Shown here piece after piece: positions 1 through 9,818 of a stretch of 64,000 nt of DNA. A program made the translations under genes and the position numbers. The DNA is from an uncultured Verrucomicrobiae bacterium (GTDB lineage Bacteria > Verrucomicrobiota > Verrucomicrobiia > Opitutales > JABDGR01): positions 64,001 to 128,000 of the forward strand of contig CAVXVB010000011.1 in assembly GCA_963765205.1 (NCBI GenBank), in the 5' to 3' direction. How positions within the stretch are numbered: position 1 is the stretch's first letter; every line of letters starts with the position of its first letter. The notes below the pieces were generated by a model. That model was not told the origin of the DNA, searched no databases, and saw only the letters and a list, made by a program, of their open reading frames with translations.

Positions 1-166
1 GCGTTTGGAAACCCAATCCCTCCGCGAATCGCGCTAGTTTTTTTTGCGAGCGACGCCCTAACCAGATCCGCACGACATTCTTCACCTGCCCATGCACCAG
101 ATAGACGATAAGTATCCCGAGCAACATGAACACCGCCAGCAGCCGGAATAAATCACCCAGATCCAT
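1..166 (-). CDS. Partial membrane-anchored hypothetical protein, fourth member of the tandem paralogue array (runs off the window edge)
   Basis: Not in the ORF track. Manual translation from ATG 166 gives MDLGDLFRLLAVFMLLGILIVYLVHGQVKNVVRIWLGRRSQKKLARFAEGLGFQT: one TM helix then the LAxxAxxLGFQ motif shared with the neighbouring paralogues. Confidence 0.75.
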   Translation of the reverse strand, partial: MDLGDLFRLLAVFMLLGILIVYLVHGQVKNVVRIWLGRRSQKKLARFAEGLGFQT

Positions 167-244
167 CTTCGGGTTTGGGCCATAGAGTAAATAGATGAGC
201 CAGACAAAGAGATTTTCGATGAAGGTTTTCATGACAAGATTGTT

Positions 245-922
245 TTACCCGCCTTTTTCAACGCGTTCGGCCACGCCGCAGACCAAGTCCCGCACGCCGG
301 TGAGCGTCTCCGGAGCGACTTGGGCCGGGTTGCGAAACCCGCCCAGCAGCGGGTAGCGCACTTCGCCGTTTTCAATGTAGAGATTGGACATGCACTGCAG
401 TTGCGCGTCGAGCGCGAGCAACCGGCTGCGGATTTCCGGCGACAACACCGCTTGCGCAATCAGCGGGTCGCTCGACTTCACGCAATAGGCCCGGTCAAAG
501 GCTTCATCGCCGGTGGCAACGAGCGGCATTCGCGCTCGGACCATCCACCGGATCGCCACAAAATTGGGATAAAGGAAGAGACGAAACCCGTCCCGCCCCG
601 CATAGGAAGCCGCCACGGCGATATTGGTCCGCCGTTTGTCGCCGATGCCCGCGTAATAGGCAAAAAAGCGCACGTTCCGCCCCCGGTGCCGGCCCGTGAC
701 GCCCTGTTTGGCGGCCCCACCCCCGCCATCCTGTAATTGAAACCCCAGGCGTTCGGCGAGTAGTCGGTAGGTCTCGCGGAGTTTTCGTGCTTTCAATGAC
801 AGCACAATCGCCACCACCAGCACCATTTGCCCGCTGATCAACAGCGCGACATTTACCGGCGACAGGGAGCCCGCCGCCAGGATTCCCCACGGCCTCGGCC
901 AACTGAAAAGAGGCAGGTTCAT
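245..922 (-). CDS. Membrane-anchored hypothetical protein (tandem paralogue)
   Basis: N-terminal hydrophobic helix; motifs LAERLGFQ, GRHRGRNVRFF, DEAFDRAY, IENGEVRY. ATG 922 overlaps the upstream stop (ATGA), so it is preferred over 979. Confidence 0.8.
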   Translation of the reverse strand: MNLPLFSWPRPWGILAAGSLSPVNVALLISGQMVLVVAIVLSLKARKLRETYRLLAERLGFQLQDGGGGAAKQGVTGRHRGRNVRFFAYYAGIGDKRRTNIAVAASYAGRDGFRLFLYPNFVAIRWMVRARMPLVATGDEAFDRAYCVKSSDPLIAQAVLSPEIRSRLLALDAQLQCMSNLYIENGEVRYPLLGGFRNPAQVAPETLTGVRDLVCGVAERVEKGG

Positions 923-1599
923 ATCTGTTTTGGGTTTCGAGCTGAAAGGGGAGAGCGGGCGCGGCTCGGTTCCCGGCATTTTTCGACTTGTTCCGCCAGG
1001 CTGCAGACCAAGTCCAGTCGGGCCACCAATATCTCCACGAGGCGCTGGTTACTGAAGCTTCCCTGCAAAGTATAACGCACTTCGCCTTTCTCGATGGCGA
1101 GCCGGCCCGAGAGTCCGCCGGGTTGTTGGCGGATGTCCAGCAATTCCCGGCGAATTTCGGGCGTCAGCAGAGTTCTGGCCGTGACCGGGTCGTTTGTCTT
1201 GAAGGAAAAGACTTGGTCGAAATCGGTGTCTTCGGTGAGCACCGGCTGCAGCCGCCCCCCGGCGAAGGAGGGGAGAAAGCTTAAGCTCCGGCGCAGGACG
1301 AAGCCGAGGCCGCCGACGTATTTGGCCGCAATCACGCTGTAAATTTGGCTGTTGTAAGGGGAGGGTTCGGTGTAGGTGAAAAAACTCACGTCCCGCCGGC
1401 GGTGTTGGCCTTCGACCCTCGGCAGATTCGTCGAAAGGCCGAGCACGCCGGGCTGGCGCACGATTTGAAAACCGAGCCGGTCCGCCAGCGCGGCCAGATT
1501 TTCCTGCGCGCGGCGCCACAGCCTAAACGTCAACCCGACTCCTGCGGCGAACAGGGCGATCACCACGAACGGCATAAAATTAGACATGGTATTATTCAC
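919..1599 (-). CDS. Membrane-anchored hypothetical protein (tandem paralogue)
   Basis: TM helix; motifs LAALADRLGFQ, EGQHRRRDVSFF, EDTDFDQVF, IEKGEVRYTL. Confidence 0.85.
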   Translation of the reverse strand: MNNTMSNFMPFVVIALFAAGVGLTFRLWRRAQENLAALADRLGFQIVRQPGVLGLSTNLPRVEGQHRRRDVSFFTYTEPSPYNSQIYSVIAAKYVGGLGFVLRRSLSFLPSFAGGRLQPVLTEDTDFDQVFSFKTNDPVTARTLLTPEIRRELLDIRQQPGGLSGRLAIEKGEVRYTLQGSFSNQRLVEILVARLDLVCSLAEQVEKCREPSRARSPLSARNPKQI

Positions 1600-2329
1600 G
1601 GAGAGGTTGATTCATGGCTGGGTGGGATGGGTGAGTTAAGGAGGCGTGGATGTTTTCGCCGCCTTTTTCTACCCGTTCAGCCAGGCCGCACACCAAGTCC
1701 AGCCGGGCCGCCAGAATTTCCACATGACGCTGATTGCTAAAGCGTCCATGCAAAGTATAGCGCACTTCGCCTTCTTCGATGTCGAGGCGACCCCTGAGTC
1801 CGCCTTCCCGGCGGACGTCCAGCAATTCCCAGCGGACTTCGGGGGTGAACAAGTTTTTGGCGGTGACCGGGTCGGTCGCCTTAAAGAAAAAGGCTTGGTC
1901 AAAATCAGCATCTTCAGTGATTACCGGCTGGAGTCCCCCGCCAGTAAAGAATCGAAAAGAATACAAGGGCCGATCCATGATGGCATGACGGTCTCCAACG
2001 TGCAGGATGAAGCCACCGTCTCCGGCGTATTTGGCCGCGACCACGATGGAGCCGGTTAGACTGTCCGCATTCCTCTTGCCAAAAAAACGCACGTCCCGCC
2101 CGCGATGCCGGCCTTCAATGGTCGGCAGTCGCGGAAAGATGTTAAATTCAGCCGGCAGGGGTTTGATTTGTAGGCCCGGCCGGCCCGCCAACGCGGCCAG
2201 GTTTTCCAGCGCGCGGGGCCGCGACCAAAACGCCAGCCCGAGGCCCGCGATGATCAGGATTGGCGGGATCGGCGACAACGCATCCAGCAAAACATGCAGA
2301 GTATGCAGAGTATACAGGATATAATGCAC
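1592..2329 (-). CDS. Membrane-anchored hypothetical protein (tandem paralogue)
   Basis: Very similar to 919..1599 (ENLAALA, EGRHRGRDVRFF, EDADFDQAF, FSNQRxVEILxARLDLVC). Start uncertain. Confidence 0.8.
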   Translation of the reverse strand: MHYILYTLHTLHVLLDALSPIPPILIIAGLGLAFWSRPRALENLAALAGRPGLQIKPLPAEFNIFPRLPTIEGRHRGRDVRFFGKRNADSLTGSIVVAAKYAGDGGFILHVGDRHAIMDRPLYSFRFFTGGGLQPVITEDADFDQAFFFKATDPVTAKNLFTPEVRWELLDVRREGGLRGRLDIEEGEVRYTLHGRFSNQRHVEILAARLDLVCGLAERVEKGGENIHASLTHPSHPAMNQPLRE

Positions 2330-2445
2330 GGGGACTTGCTTTATAGCAAAGTGATATCATACTGAAATCGCTTGTCAAGGGGCAAAATGCAAAAATTCAA
2401 ATAACGAATTTCGAATGACGAAACCTCCGGCCCCTTTGCCGGAAT

Positions 2446-2553
2446 CTGCAACCCGCAACCCAGAACCCAGAACCCAGAACCAAGAACCCCAAGAACCCCA
2501 AGAACCCCAAGAACTACCGCACTTACCACCTGCAACCTGTAACTTGCAACTTA
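2446..2553. repeat. Compound short tandem repeat tract (CAGAACC 7-mers, CCAAGAACC 9-mers, CYTGCAA-like 7-mers)
   Basis: Directly visible periodic sequence upstream of the MCP gene. Confidence 0.85.
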
Positions 2554-2587
2554 CAATAGTTTCGCCAGCATAGAGCGTCGTCGCCCC

Positions 2588-3910
2588 ATGAAACTCCTCC
2601 TCCGCCACAAGGTCATCGGCCTCGCGCTCGTTTCGGCGCTCATCCCCGTGCTGGCCTTGTTGTTGCTGCTGAACTGGCAGGAGGGCGACATCCGCACCCT
2701 GGTCGATAGCCAGATCCAGCAGCAGGCGCACGGGAGTGTTGATGCGCAGGCGGCGCGCGACCAGTTGAACGCCGATTTTGCGACCCTGCGGGAGACGGTG
2801 CTGGTTGGCGCGCTCGTCATCCTCGGCGTCATCGGCGCGGCCGCGGCGTTCCTCGGCGGCCTCATCACCAAGCCCATTACGCTCGCCACCGGCGTCGCCC
2901 GCCGGATTGCCGACGGCGACCTCACCGCCGATGTCACCGGCTCCGGCGACGACGAAACCGGCCTGCTCCTCGCCGCCAACCGCGACATGGTTGCCAGCCT
3001 CAACCGCCTGCTCAGCCAGGTCAAAGGCTCCAGCCTCCAGCTCATTGCGACCGCGAACGAGATTTCCGCCGGCGCAAAAGTGCAGGAAACCACCGTGCAT
3101 GATTTCGGCGCCTCCACCAGCCAGATTGCCGCCGCCGTCCAGGAAATCTCCGGCACCGCGCAGGAACTGGTGGGCGCGATTGCCGGCGTCTCCGACCTCG
3201 CGCAAAACACCGCCACGCTCGCCGAAACCGGCGGCCAGCAGCTCAACGGCATGAAAGGCTCGATGCAAAACCTCGCCGCCTCGACTGCCTCAATTTCCCA
3301 AAAACTCGCCACCATCAGCGACAAGGCCCGCGCCATCACCACGGTCGTCACCACCATCACCAAAGTCGCCGACCAGACTAACCTGCTCTCGCTCAATGCC
3401 GCCATCGAGGCCGAGAAAGCCGGCGAATACGGCCTCGGCTTCGGCGTCGTCGCCCGCGAAATCCGCCGCCTCGCCGACCAGACCGCCGTCTCCGTCCTCG
3501 ACATCGAACACATGGTGGGCGAGATGCAGGCCGCCGTCTCCGCCGGTGTGATCGAAATGGAAAAATTCAGCGGCGAGGTCCGCGGCGGCGTCGGCGAAGT
3601 CGGCAGCCTCGGCGGCCGGTTCGCGACGATTTTGCACCAAGTGCAGTCGCTGCTTCCGCGTTTCGGTTTGGTCAAGGACGGCATTTCGGCCCAGTCGCGC
3701 GGCGCGCAGCAAATCAACGCCGCCATGGCCGGCCTCACCGACGGCGCGCGCCGCTCCGCCGAGTCGCTCCAGGAATTCGACCGCGCGGTCGCGAACCTCC
3801 ACGCCGCGGTCGAGGCTCTGCGCCGCGAAATCGCCCGCTTCAAAGTTTCCGACAACCGCGCCACCGGCCTGACCCAGATTATTTTCCCCGCAAAAAAACA
3901 GCCGCATTAA
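2588..3910 (+). CDS. Methyl-accepting chemotaxis protein, WspA-like
   Basis: Two TM helices, HAMP, signalling tip [40 protein letters not shown]. Confidence 0.95.
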   Translation: MKLLLRHKVIGLALVSALIPVLALLLLLNWQEGDIRTLVDSQIQQQAHGSVDAQAARDQLNADFATLRETVLVGALVILGVIGAAAAFLGGLITKPITLATGVARRIADGDLTADVTGSGDDETGLLLAANRDMVASLNRLLSQVKGSSLQLIATANEISAGAKVQETTVHDFGASTSQIAAAVQEISGTAQELVGAIAGVSDLAQNTATLAETGGQQLNGMKGSMQNLAASTASISQKLATISDKARAITTVVTTITKVADQTNLLSLNAAIEAEKAGEYGLGFGVVAREIRRLADQTAVSVLDIEHMVGEMQAAVSAGVIEMEKFSGEVRGGVGEVGSLGGRFATILHQVQSLLPRFGLVKDGISAQSRGAQQINAAMAGLTDGARRSAESLQEFDRAVANLHAAVEALRREIARFKVSDNRATGLTQIIFPAKKQPH

Positions 3911-3945
3911 ATTAACCGTTGGCCGTTAAAATTCCGCCTCCTCTC

Positions 3946-4368
3946 ATGCTCGCCGTCCTCTTCAATTTGGGCGACCAACGCCGCGGCCTCGCGTCCGCCG
4001 TCGTCGAGCGGATCGTCCCTGCGCCGCCCGGGCGCGCCGCCCTTGGCGCGCCAGCCGCGTTCGACACGATAATCTATCACGGAGAAACCGTCCCCGTGAT
4101 TGACCTGGCCCGCCTCGCCGGCGGCCCGCCCGCGCGCCCGCAGTTGAGCACCCGTGTCATCCTTGTGCGCTATCCCAACTCCCGGTGCGCGCCGCGCCTG
4201 CTCGGCTTGCTCGCCGAACACGTTGACGAAGTCCGCCACCTCTCCGCCCCCGGCCCCGGCGGCCCCGCGCCCGGCGAGGCGCGCCTCCTCACCCTCCCGG
4301 AATTGCTCCCGCCCGATTTGCTCGCGCAAGTGTTCGGCCTCGCGGGCGCCGCCGCCCAGTCGCCATGA
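3946..4368 (+). CDS. cheW: CheW-like adaptor, WspB-like
   Basis: YHGETVPVIDL, STRVILVRY, LLGLLAEHV motifs; follows the MCP. ATG 3946 chosen. Confidence 0.85.
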   Translation: MLAVLFNLGDQRRGLASAVVERIVPAPPGRAALGAPAAFDTIIYHGETVPVIDLARLAGGPPARPQLSTRVILVRYPNSRCAPRLLGLLAEHVDEVRHLSAPGPGGPAPGEARLLTLPELLPPDLLAQVFGLAGAAAQSP

Positions 4369-5051
4369 GTCTGCCGGCGCCATCGCCCACCGCTCCCGCC
4401 CTCGACTCGTGCTGGCGGCGCATCGGCGTCTGGGGCGATCAATCCTGCCCGCAGCTCGCGGATCACGTCCATTGCGGGAACTGCCCGGTCTTCAGCGCGG
4501 CCGGGCGCCAAGTGTTCGACCGCGACGCCTCGGAGGATTATTTGCTTGAATGCGCAAAAATTTTGAGCCGCACGGTGCTGGCGCGCGAGGAAACGTTTTC
4601 GGCGCTCGTCTTCCGCCTCGGCCCGCGCTGGCTCGCGCTGCCCACCCAAGGCGTTGTTTCCATTTCGGAACTCCGGCCGCTGCACCGCGTGCCGCATCGT
4701 TCCGGGAAAATTTTCGCCGGGCTGGTCAACATCGCGGGTGAGCTACAACTAGCGTTCCACCTGCCGACGTTGCTCGAAGTGCCCGCCGCAGCGTCGGCCT
4801 CCGTTTCGCTCAGTCCGCAAATTTATCCCCGGCTTGTATTTTGCCGGGCCGGGGCGCAGGCCTTCGCCTTCGCCGCCGACGAGGTTTACGGCGCTGTCGC
4901 CTTCGCCTTGGCGCGGATGCACCCGGCGCCTGCCGACGGTTCCGTGCTGGCGACTTTTTCGCGCGGGCAGTTTATTTTCAACCGGCGCCCGGTGCGCCTG
5001 CTCGATGACGAATTGCTCGGGCACGCCGTGGCCCGCCAAACCCAGGGCTGA
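4365..5051 (+). CDS. cheW: CheW-like adaptor, WspD-like
   Basis: Cys-rich N-terminus CWRRIGVWGDQSCPQLADHVHCGNCPVFSAA typical of WspD; HRVPHR and GLVNIAGEL CheW motifs. Confidence 0.9.
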   Translation: MSLPAPSPTAPALDSCWRRIGVWGDQSCPQLADHVHCGNCPVFSAAGRQVFDRDASEDYLLECAKILSRTVLAREETFSALVFRLGPRWLALPTQGVVSISELRPLHRVPHRSGKIFAGLVNIAGELQLAFHLPTLLEVPAAASASVSLSPQIYPRLVFCRAGAQAFAFAADEVYGAVAFALARMHPAPADGSVLATFSRGQFIFNRRPVRLLDDELLGHAVARQTQG

Positions 5052-5076
5052 TTTTTTTGTGAATTCCACCAGTCCC

Positions 5077-7855
5077 ATGGATGAATCGCTGCTCGACCTC
5101 TTTCGCCAGGAGGCCGCCGTCCACACCAGCGCGCTTGACGAAGCCCTCGCGGCATTGGCCATCAACCCCAACGACGAAAAGGAAATTGCGGCCGCGCGCC
5201 AAGCCGCGCACGCCCTGTTGGGCGCGGCGCTGCTGGTCGGGCTGGAAATTGCCGTGCCCCTCGCGCAGGCGATGGAAAATCTCCTCATCTCCGTTCCCGC
5301 CTGCCTGCCCGCCGTCGCCCTTGCGGCCTTGCGCCGCGCCAGCGAGTGGCTCCGGCAAATTTCAACCTTGTCGGCCACCGACTTGGCCAACCCGCCGGCC
5401 GCACTATTGGCCACTCGCGAGGCGTGCCTGCAACAGTTGCTTATTTTCGCCGCCGCGGAAACCCCGCTGGTCCTTGAGAAAAAACAACCGGACCAGTCTC
5501 CCCAACTCGAAACCCGAAACCCAAAACTCGAAACCACACTGCCTCCTCCCGAAACTAAAAACTCAAAACTCGTTTTCAACTTATTAGACCTGTATCGCGC
5601 CGAGGCTGAGACGCAATTGGCCGCGCTCGCGGAAGGCCTGGTTGAGCTGGAGGGCGATCTCGCCAACCCGAAAAAAATTGAGCCGATCATGCGCGCCGCC
5701 CATTCGCTCAAAGGCGCGGCACGCATCATCGGCTTGGACTTGGCGGTCGCGCTCGCGCACGCGCTCGAAGACGCGCTCGTCGCCGCCCAGCAAGGCCGCC
5801 TCACCCTCGACGCCGCCGGCATTGACGCCCTCCTGCGCGCGGGCGACTGGCTCGCCCAATTTTCCAAACTCCCGTCGGATCAACTCGCCGCCCCGCCGCC
5901 GGGGCAATGCGCCGCGCAAGCAGCCTGTCTCGTGGAAATGCAGGCGATTCTGGCCGGTGGGGGAAGTGAGACGGGAAAGACGACTGAGGTGCCTGAGGCG
6001 ACTAAAGCGACTGAGGAACAGCCTCCGCCGTCGCAAGATATGTCGAAAGCAGATTCCTTAAATGAAAAACTCGAAACTCGAAACTCGAAACTCAAAACTT
6101 CTTCTTCCGCCTCTGCCGACAGCGTGGTGCGCGTGTCCGCCGCCAGTTTGTCGCGCTTGATGGGCCTCGCCGCGGAGACGCTCGTCGAGTCGCGCCGCCT
6201 CGAACCGTTTCGCGACCGCCTGCTCAAGCTCAAGAACGACCAATTGCAATTTGTCTCCAAACTCGAAGCCGCCCAGGCCGCGGCGGCAGTCCCGGGCGCG
6301 CCCGCGCAAAATCTCGAACCGCTGCGCGCCGCCGCGCAGGCCACGCTCGAGGGCCTGCGCGCGCAATTGGAAAATTTCGACCACGCCGCGCGGCGCACGA
6401 CGCAGGTCTCCGGCCGACTCTATCAGGAAGTCATCGCCAGCCGCCTGCGCCCCTTTGCCGACGGCGCGCAGGCCTTCCCGCGCCTTGTCCGCGATGTCGC
6501 CCGCGCCCTTGGCAAACAGGTGCGCCTGGAAATCGCCGGCCGCGACACGCCGGTGGACCGCGATATTCTGGAAAAACTCGAAGCCCCCCTCAGCCATCTT
6601 CTGCGCAACGCCTGCGACCACGGTCTCGAAACCCCCGCCGAGCGCCTCGCCGCCGGCAAGCCCGCTGTCGGCGTCATCCGCCTCGAAGCGCGCCACCGCG
6701 CGGGCCTGCTCGTCGTGCAGGTCAGCGACGATGGCCGCGGCATCGCGCTGCCCCGCCTGCGCCAAAAAATCATCGAGCAAGGCCGCGCGACCTCCGCCTT
6801 GGCCGCCGCGCTGAGCGACGACGAAGTCCTTGAATTCCTTTTTCTGCCCGGATTTTCCACCGCCGAAAAAGTCACCGAGATTTCCGGGCGCGGCGTCGGG
6901 CTGGACGTTCGTGCGGGCGCTGGCGCGCGAAGTTGACGGCACGGTGCGCGTTTTCACCGGCCCCGGCCGCGGCACGATGTTCACGCTCCAGCTGCCCATC
7001 ACGCGTTCCGTCGTGACCGCGCTGGTGGCCGAACTGGACGGTGAAGCCTACGCCTTCCCCCTCGCCAAACTCCACCGCGCGCTGCGCCTTCCGCGCAACT
7101 CCATGGCCATCGAAAATGGCCACCTCCAAGCGTCCTTCGACGGCGCGTCCGCCGTGGTCGTCTCCGCGCTGTTGGCGCTCGGATTACCCGGCCCGGAAAA
7201 AATTCCCGGCGAGGAAGCCAGCCTGGTCGTTTTTGGCAACGCCGCGAAAATGTATGCGCTGGAAGTGGACCGCATCCTCGGCGAAATGGACCTCGTCGTG
7301 CGCCCGCTCGACCCCCGGCTGGGCAAAGTCCCCGGCATCAGCGCCGCCGCCATCGGCGAGGATGGCGCGCCCATTTTAATCGTGGACGTGGACGACTTGC
7401 CCGCCCGCCTCGAAAAAATCGCCGTCGCTTCCACTCCGCCCACCGTCGCGGGCGAGGACGCCGCGCCGCCCGCCCCGCCCCGCCGCCGCGTCCTGATTGT
7501 GGACGATTCCGCCACCATCCGTGCGACTGAACAGCAGATTTTGGAGCAGGCCGGCTTCGCGGTCGAAACCGCCACCGACGGGGCCGACGCCTGGAACCTC
7601 GTCCGCCTCGCCCCCTTCGACCTCATCGTCAGCGACGTGGACATGCCGCGCCTCAACGGCCTCGAATTCGTCGCGCGCCTCCGCGCCGATGCACGACTGC
7701 AACGCCTCCCGGTCATTATGGTCTCTTACAAAGACCGCCCGGAAGACCACGCCGCCGGGCGCGCGGCCGACGCCAACCTTTACCTCCCCAAAAGCAGTTT
7801 GCAGGATGAATCCTTTTTGCGCGCCGTCCATCAATTGCTGGAAGCTGCCCGGTGA
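5077..7855 (+). CDS. cheA: Hybrid CheA histidine kinase/receiver, WspE-like, split by a +1 frameshift near 6909
   Basis: Two Hpt domains (AAHALLGA, AAHSLKGA); HATPase HLLRNACDHG, DDGRG, GFST, SGRGVGLDV. Continues in the +1 frame as VRALAREVDG, then CheW and REC domains (IVDDS, SDVDMP). Confidence 0.9.
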
Positions 7856-7942
7856 AAATCGGCTTTTTCCATCATGCTTCCACTATCGCTCCCTGTGCAT
7901 TTCATTCTTCATAAATCCAAAATCTAAAATCATACTTCTGCA

Positions 7943-9127
7943 ATGGCTGACTCTGCTGCCCTTGTCTCCGCCCCCGGCGTGCGCCCCCTCACCGTGCTCC
8001 TGGTGGATGACCAGCCCATGGTCGGCGAGGCCGTCCGGCGGATGCTCGCCACGGAGCCGGACATTGCCTTCCACTTTTGCAGCGATCCGACCAAGGCCCT
8101 GCAGATGGCGCGCGACTTTTCGCCCACTGTGATCTTGCAGGATTTGGTTATGCCGCAGGTGGACGGGCTGCAACTCGTCAAATTCTTCCGCGCCAACCCC
8201 ACCACGCGCGACGTGCCGATGATCGTCCTCTCCTCGCGCGAGGAACCCGAGACGAAATCCCTGGCCTTCCAACTCGGCGCGAACGACTACCTGGTCAAAC
8301 TGCCCGACAAGCTCGAAGTCATCGCGCGCATCCGCTACCACTCGCAGGCCTACCTTGCGCGACGCGAACGCGCCGCCGCCCTCGAGGCCCTCAACGCTGA
8401 ACTGCGCGAAGCCGAGCGTTATATGCGCGCTCTTTTTCCCCCGCCCATGGTTGACGCCCACTTGCGCGCCGACTGGACCTATATCTCTTGCACCGCCCTT
8501 GGCGGCGATTCCTTCGGTTATCACTGGATAGACGACGATTATTTCGCCATCTTCGTCCTCGATGTCTGCGGGCACGGCGTCGGCGCGGCGCTGTTGTCCG
8601 CGTCGGCGGTCAACGTCCTCCGGGCGCAGTCGCTGCCGCGCGTGGACTTCAAAAATCCTTCGGCGGTGCTCGCGGGCTTGAACGAGGCCTTCGACATGGA
8701 CAAGCAAAACCAGATGTATTTCACCATCTGGTATGGGGTTTACCGGCGCTCGACGCGCGAACTCGCCCACGCCTCCGGCGGCCATCCTCCGGCCATTCTG
8801 CTCCCCGCCGCCGCGCCCACCTCGCCGCGCCAGCTCAACTGCATCAACGCCCTCATCGGCGCCATCCCCGGCCTGCCCTTTAAATCCGAAACGGTGCCCA
8901 TCGCCCCCGGCGACCGCCTCTACGTCTTCAGCGACGGCGTTTACGAAGTCAATTATGCCGACTGCCCCGCTGAGATGATGACCGTCGAGGATTTCGCCGC
9001 CGAACTCGCGCAACCTGCTCCCCCCGGCGCGCGCAAGGTCGAGGCCATGGCCGCCTTCGTGCGCCGCGCCCAAAACCGCGACCAATTCGACGACGACTTT
9101 TCCCTCGTCGAGGTTTGCTTCAATTAG
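7943..9127 (+). CDS. Response regulator: WspR-type receiver fused to a SpoIIE/RsbU-like PP2C phosphatase
   Basis: REC LLVDDQPMVGEAVRR...LQDLVMP...GANDYLVKLPD; PP2C motifs LGGD, DVCGHG, GGHPP, FSDGV, DDFS. No GGDEF motif. Confidence 0.92.
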   Translation: MADSAALVSAPGVRPLTVLLVDDQPMVGEAVRRMLATEPDIAFHFCSDPTKALQMARDFSPTVILQDLVMPQVDGLQLVKFFRANPTTRDVPMIVLSSREEPETKSLAFQLGANDYLVKLPDKLEVIARIRYHSQAYLARRERAAALEALNAELREAERYMRALFPPPMVDAHLRADWTYISCTALGGDSFGYHWIDDDYFAIFVLDVCGHGVGAALLSASAVNVLRAQSLPRVDFKNPSAVLAGLNEAFDMDKQNQMYFTIWYGVYRRSTRELAHASGGHPPAILLPAAAPTSPRQLNCINALIGAIPGLPFKSETVPIAPGDRLYVFSDGVYEVNYADCPAEMMTVEDFAAELAQPAPPGARKVEAMAAFVRRAQNRDQFDDDFSLVEVCFN

Positions 9128-9289
9128 GACTCTGGCTGCTCTGCTAAAAATAGCCTCAGGGCTACAGCAGCGCGCCGAAAATGCCACGCTCTCCGCTTTG
9201 TGCGTGTGTAGCCCCGGGTTAATCTGGAATAAAGCAGTGTTACTCCAGGGCAAAACCTGGACGCTTCCCTTTCCCGGCTTCCATTCTTC

Positions 9290-9326
9290 ACTTGAGCGTT
9301 AAACGTTAAGCGTTAAATGTTGAGCT
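9290..9326. repeat. Heptamer tract (CGTTAAR-like) immediately upstream of ATG 9333
   Basis: ACTTGAGCGTTAAACGTTAAGCGTTAAATGTTGAGC; same family as 13199-13239 (inverted) and 13365-13402. Confidence 0.8.
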
Positions 9327-9332
9327 TTACTC

Positions 9333-9758
9333 ATGCGCCACACCTACCGCAACGACCTCGCCGATCTCGCCCGCCTCGCCGCCGACATTGAGGTCTTCGC
9401 TGACCAAAACAACTTGGACAGGGACACCGCGCACGTCTTCAACCTCTGCCTTGATGAAGTTTTCACCAATATTGTCTCCTACGGCTACGCCGACCATCAA
9501 TCGCACGAAATTTTCCTCGACTTAACCGCCGCGCCCCACGAAATCATCGCCGTCATCCGCGACGACGGCCGCGCTTTCAACCCCCTGACCGAAGCACCCC
9601 CGCCCGATCTCGATTCCCCCATTGAAGGCCGCCAAATCGGCGGCCTCGGCGTGCATTTTCTCAAAACGCTGATGGCCCGCGTGGCCTACCGCCGCGAAGG
9701 CGCCTGGAACGTGCTGGAAATGGCCCGCGCCCGCCCCGTCTCCGGCCCTGCATCGTAA
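9333..9758 (+). CDS. Anti-sigma factor Ser/Thr kinase, RsbW/SpoIIAB-like
   Basis: LCLDEVFTNIVSYGY, DDGRAFNP, RQIGGLGVHF, GAWNVL HATPase motifs in 141 aa. Confidence 0.92.
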   Translation: MRHTYRNDLADLARLAADIEVFADQNNLDRDTAHVFNLCLDEVFTNIVSYGYADHQSHEIFLDLTAAPHEIIAVIRDDGRAFNPLTEAPPPDLDSPIEGRQIGGLGVHFLKTLMARVAYRREGAWNVLEMARARPVSGPAS

Positions 9759-9818
9759 CGATCGGTATGCGTTTGCCTGTTGAATTCTTCGGAAAAGATG
9801 TTAAGGAAAAGTCTAGCT

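Noticed and set aside
2446..2553. Possible CRISPR array
   Set aside because: Contiguous 7-9 bp units with no unique spacers and no cas genes.
2375..3907. Long minus-strand ORFs over the MCP
   Set aside because: Antisense shadows of a GC-rich gene with no recognisable motifs.
4834..5076. N-terminal extension of the cheA ORF
   Set aside because: Overlaps the wspD-like gene; the Hpt domain begins right after ATG 5077.
9152..9222. Imperfect palindrome GGGCTACA...TGTAGCCC
   Set aside because: REP-like but single and degenerate in this window; not enough support to call.
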